Program-made: the position numbers and the translations under genes
In this document: in pieces, positions 44,019-47,094 of the stretch
Numbering within the stretch: position 1 is the first letter of the stretch
Layout of the letters: each line of letters starts with the position of its first letter
The notes under the pieces: generated by a model
The model's database searches: none
The model's input: the letters and a program-made list of their open reading frames with translations, nothing else
What the model was told of the DNA's origin: nothing
IMG/VR virus record: IMGVR_UViG_2582581241_000004
Reading direction: 5' to 3' (one strand)
Origin: a virus
Length of the DNA stretch: 47,094 nt

Positions 44019-46060
44019 CAGCGGACCTCCATTGTAGCGGCGTCGGCGATCTCCGGAACATCCTCGGTCGCCGCGATCAACGCCGCAATCTCCTCACCCG
44101 TCAGAAACCGCTCCTTGTCCGCCGCCTTTGCGAGCCGCAGCAACGCCGAATGATGCTTTCGGACGAGGTCGAACGTCGCCGTATAGACGGTGTCGAGCGT
44201 CTTTTTGACGGCCGCCTCCGTGGCGATTCGATTCTCGAAATGCTCTTCGTCGACATGCATCAATCCCGACGCACCGAGGCCGCCACGCGTGTGAAGCGTC
44301 CTCGCAGTCGCGGTCGCCGCCTCGATGTCCGCGACACAGAGCGTGGACGGCTCGCCGAGGACGACATGCTCGGCGGCGCGCCCGGCCAGCAGGGTGCCGA
44401 TGTTGTGATGGAAGTCGCGCTCAAAAAACATATTGGATTTGCCGACGTGGACATATCCGCGATCGATATCGAGATAATCGATCGACACTTTGTACAAATG
44501 CGCGACCAACGCATGTCCCGACTCGTGCAGCGCCGCCCGCCACGGATCGACGCCATGCGGCTTGATCGACCCCCTCACCGCCGCGACAAGATCGTCCGCA
44601 GTCACGCGCCGACGAGCGCGCCGAGCGATTCTGCGAGCATCGCGGCAGGCCATTTGGATTTCGGCGGGCGTCATTCCTCGGCACGCGCGGGCCGCACGGG
44701 CGTCGTTGAGACCGAGGTGATGGCGGATGATTCCCGGCAACTCGGCGACGCCGGGCGCGGGAATGATGACATGCCGGTCCAGACGACCGGGACGGCGCAG
44801 CGCGGGATCGATCTTGTCGGGGTAATTGGTCGCCGCGATGACGATGATACCGTCGCGGCCGTTTGCGCCGTCGAGAAACGCCAGCCAGGCATTCACGATC
44901 GGGCCGAACCAGGAATCGTTGTGGGCGTTTTGGCCGCGAGTGCCGATTGAATCCAGCTCGTCCAGGAAAAGGATAAACGGCCCGCTCGCCGCCTTCTTTT
45001 TCCATGCCGTGAACTGCTTCTTCAACTCCTTGCAAACGGAATCGCCGCCAACGGAGTTCCCGTGCCAGTCCGAATATGTGGACACGACGAGATCCAGACC
45101 GCACTCCATCGCGAGAGCGCGCGCGAACGTCGTCTTCCCGCAGCCGGGAGGTCCTGAGAGAAGGACGCCCTTGTCGACGTCATGCCATCCGATCCGTCCG
45201 TCCTTGTAGTCCCGCAGATCCGCAGCGAGCTGAAGACCCCACTCCTTTGCGGCTCCGAACCCCGTCATCGCCGAGAGCCTTCGAACGACGTCGGCCGCCG
45301 CGTCCCCGATCGGAGCCGCGGATTCCGCGATCATCTGCTCGAGGTCGTCCATGTCGTCATTGATCTTCTGCGTGCCGCGCTTCTGCGCAGCCTTGATCCG
45401 CCGGCGAATGCGGTCCAGCGCCTCGTCGACGGAGATTCCATGACGCAGCACGGATTGCGTCCACTCGACGGTCGCGTCGACATAGACGTCATCGAGCGAC
45501 AGAAAGTGATTCGAGCGCGTCACGGCCCGAAAGATCCGACCGAAAGTCGCAGGCTCGTCGAGATCCAGGAGGATTCGCATCGAGTCGGACATCTCGACCA
45601 GGGACGACGGCAGCTTGCTCACGCGTCCGATGCCGATGACGGTCGGGCAGGTTTGCCAAAGCCCTGTGAACGTCTTGTCGTCGGCGTCGTCGAGGATGAG
45701 CCCGATGTCGCGTCCCGCGCTCGGGCTCACGGTGACCCGCCCCTTAAACAAAGCGGCGAGCATGCTCCTTACGCAGCCGCCGACCTTTGAATCGTCCTGC
45801 GTGATGAGAATGTGGGTGCCGTCAAGAATGCGGTCGTCGATGCCCGAGGCGTCGAGGACGGCGGCGCCGATGATGAGATCGAGATAGTCGTGCCGGGCGG
45901 GGTCGGGGATGATGAGGTCGTCACGAAACTGGTCGGCCCACGGCTGGTCGCCGTCGTCGGGCTTGGCGGTGGGCGCCGGCGGGGTATTCAAGAAGGCGAG
46001 AACGCGTTGGGTCCAAATGTCCTTTTGCATGGGTTGCACCTTTGTCTTAGGCGCAATCAT
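44018..46060 (-). CDS. Soluble FtsH-like AAA+ ATPase/M41 zinc protease
   Basis: KGVLLSGPPGCGKT, LFLDELD, AATN.P..IDPALRRPGRLD, HESGH, LLAGRAAE; no TM segment evident. Confidence 0.85.
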   Translation of the reverse strand: MIAPKTKVQPMQKDIWTQRVLAFLNTPPAPTAKPDDGDQPWADQFRDDLIIPDPARHDYLDLIIGAAVLDASGIDDRILDGTHILITQDDSKVGGCVRSMLAALFKGRVTVSPSAGRDIGLILDDADDKTFTGLWQTCPTVIGIGRVSKLPSSLVEMSDSMRILLDLDEPATFGRIFRAVTRSNHFLSLDDVYVDATVEWTQSVLRHGISVDEALDRIRRRIKAAQKRGTQKINDDMDDLEQMIAESAAPIGDAAADVVRRLSAMTGFGAAKEWGLQLAADLRDYKDGRIGWHDVDKGVLLSGPPGCGKTTFARALAMECGLDLVVSTYSDWHGNSVGGDSVCKELKKQFTAWKKKAASGPFILFLDELDSIGTRGQNAHNDSWFGPIVNAWLAFLDGANGRDGIIVIAATNYPDKIDPALRRPGRLDRHVIIPAPGVAELPGIIRHHLGLNDARAARACRGMTPAEIQMACRDARRIARRARRRVTADDLVAAVRGSIKPHGVDPWRAALHESGHALVAHLYKVSIDYLDIDRGYVHVGKSNMFFERDFHHNIGTLLAGRAAEHVVLGEPSTLCVADIEAATATARTLHTRGGLGASGLMHVDEEHFENRIATEAAVKKTLDTVYTATFDLVRKHHSALLRLAKAADKERFLTGEEIAALIAATEDVPEIADAATMEVR

Positions 46061-46108
46061 ATACTCCGGATTTGCCAGGCATTTCCGCGGCTGGACCCTA
46101 AAATTTTA

Positions 46109-46139
46109 CTGTCCTGAAAATCGTCAAAATTCAGGACAG
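46109..46139. promoter_or_regulatory. Inverted repeat in a divergent intergenic region
   Basis: CTGTCCTGAA-N11-TTCAGGACAG enclosing a minus-strand TTGACG. Confidence 0.45.
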
Positions 46140-46200
46140 CAGCCGGGGGCTATCCCGGAGGACGCTTTGAGGATGCACGTATCGGATTCATCGATGAAAG

Positions 46201-47094
46201 ATGGTCCGAGAGTTCGCGTCAGGGAAAATCGTCCTTCATATCGGCGACAGCCGCGATGTCGTCGCGCGCCTCGACGCATGCTCGGTCGATTCGATCGTGA
46301 CCGACCCGCCGTATGGCATCGGATTCATGGGGCGGCGGTGGGACCACCCCGACAACATCGCATTCGATCCTGCATTCTGGCGCGAATGCCTGCGCGTCAT
46401 GAAGCCCGGCGGACACCTCGCCGCCTTTTCCGCCGCGCGGACATATCATCGGATGGCGTGCGCCATTGAAGACGCGGGCTTCGAAATTCGCGACCAGATC
46501 GGGTGGCTTTACGGGTCGGGTGCCCCGAAGACCAAAAAGACGCTGAAGCCGGCATGGGAGCCGATCTGTCTTGCGCGGAAACCCTTCGAGGGATCCATGC
46601 GCGACAATATGGAATCCACCGGCCTCGGCGGCCTGAATGTCGATTTGTGCCGAGTCCACGGCAAAGACACCGTACCGATTTTTCGAAACGAGAAAAATCT
46701 TTCGTCGAGTGGGATTTACGGCGACGGCCTGCATGGTGGCATGAGGACAGGCGAGCAGGCCTCCAGCCGTTGGCCGGCGAACGTCGTCCATGACGGCAGC
46801 GACGAGGCCCTGTCGATATTCCCCTCTCCGAAAGGAGAGTCCGCAGCCAGATATTTTTACTGCTCAAAAGCCCCGAGATCCGAGCGAGCCGGGTCGAAAC
46901 ATCCGACGATCAAGCCCATGGCTCTCATGCGCTGGCTGACGCGTCTCGTCACGCCGCCGGGCGGCCTGATCCTGGAGCCTTTCGCCGGCAGCGGGACGAC
47001 CCTCGCGGCCGCCGAGCTCGAGGGCTTCATGGCCATCGGAATCGAGCGAGAGGTGGAATTCGCGTCCGATATCGAACGCAGGATGACGGCCTAG
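46201..47094 (+). CDS. Amino DNA methyltransferase, beta class (phage orphan type)
   Basis: GDS, VTDPPY, HPTIKP..LM.WL, EPFAGSGTT; TAG at the last three bases. Confidence 0.88.
   Translation: MVREFASGKIVLHIGDSRDVVARLDACSVDSIVTDPPYGIGFMGRRWDHPDNIAFDPAFWRECLRVMKPGGHLAAFSAARTYHRMACAIEDAGFEIRDQIGWLYGSGAPKTKKTLKPAWEPICLARKPFEGSMRDNMESTGLGGLNVDLCRVHGKDTVPIFRNEKNLSSSGIYGDGLHGGMRTGEQASSRWPANVVHDGSDEALSIFPSPKGESAARYFYCSKAPRSERAGSKHPTIKPMALMRWLTRLVTPPGGLILEPFAGSGTTLAAAELEGFMAIGIEREVEFASDIERRMTA

Noticed and set aside
1-47094. tRNA, rRNA, integrase, att sites and virion structural genes
   Set aside because: None recognisable. The phage assignment rests on lysis, resolvase, A1-like and kinase genes.

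Overview
High-GC segment of an alphaproteobacterial (Hyphomicrobiales-like, judged from the flagellin and promoter style) temperate phage or phage-plasmid. No capsid, tail, terminase or integrase genes are visible in this window. Left to right it contains: a Prim-Pol/helicase fusion running off the left edge; a RuvC-like resolvase; a lysis cassette (GH19-like endolysin, spanins); a T5 A1-like phosphoesterase; an Acb2/Tad1-like anti-defence candidate; many small phage ORFs; nucleotide-metabolism genes; an IS630; and a DNA methyltransferase cassette. Two repressor-controlled operons follow. The first carries an SNF2 helicase. The second carries a degenerate helicase, an IbrA-like PAPS-reductase-family protein, an IbrB-like ParB, a methyltransferase and a complete, array-less type IV-B-like Cas effector (csf1, cas11, csf2, a cas6-like gene, csf3). 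Directly downstream is a phage-borne flagellin with an AT-rich centre and CtrA-like boxes. Further right are a catalytically intact TnpB behind a copy of a phage promoter-like motif, a ColE2-type replicase with a leader hairpin, a metallophosphoesterase, a soluble FtsH-like AAA protease and another methyltransferase. The best candidate for an undescribed system is the IbrA/IbrB/MTase plus type IV-like Cas operon next to the flagellin. All family calls come from motifs recognised by eye, not from database searches.
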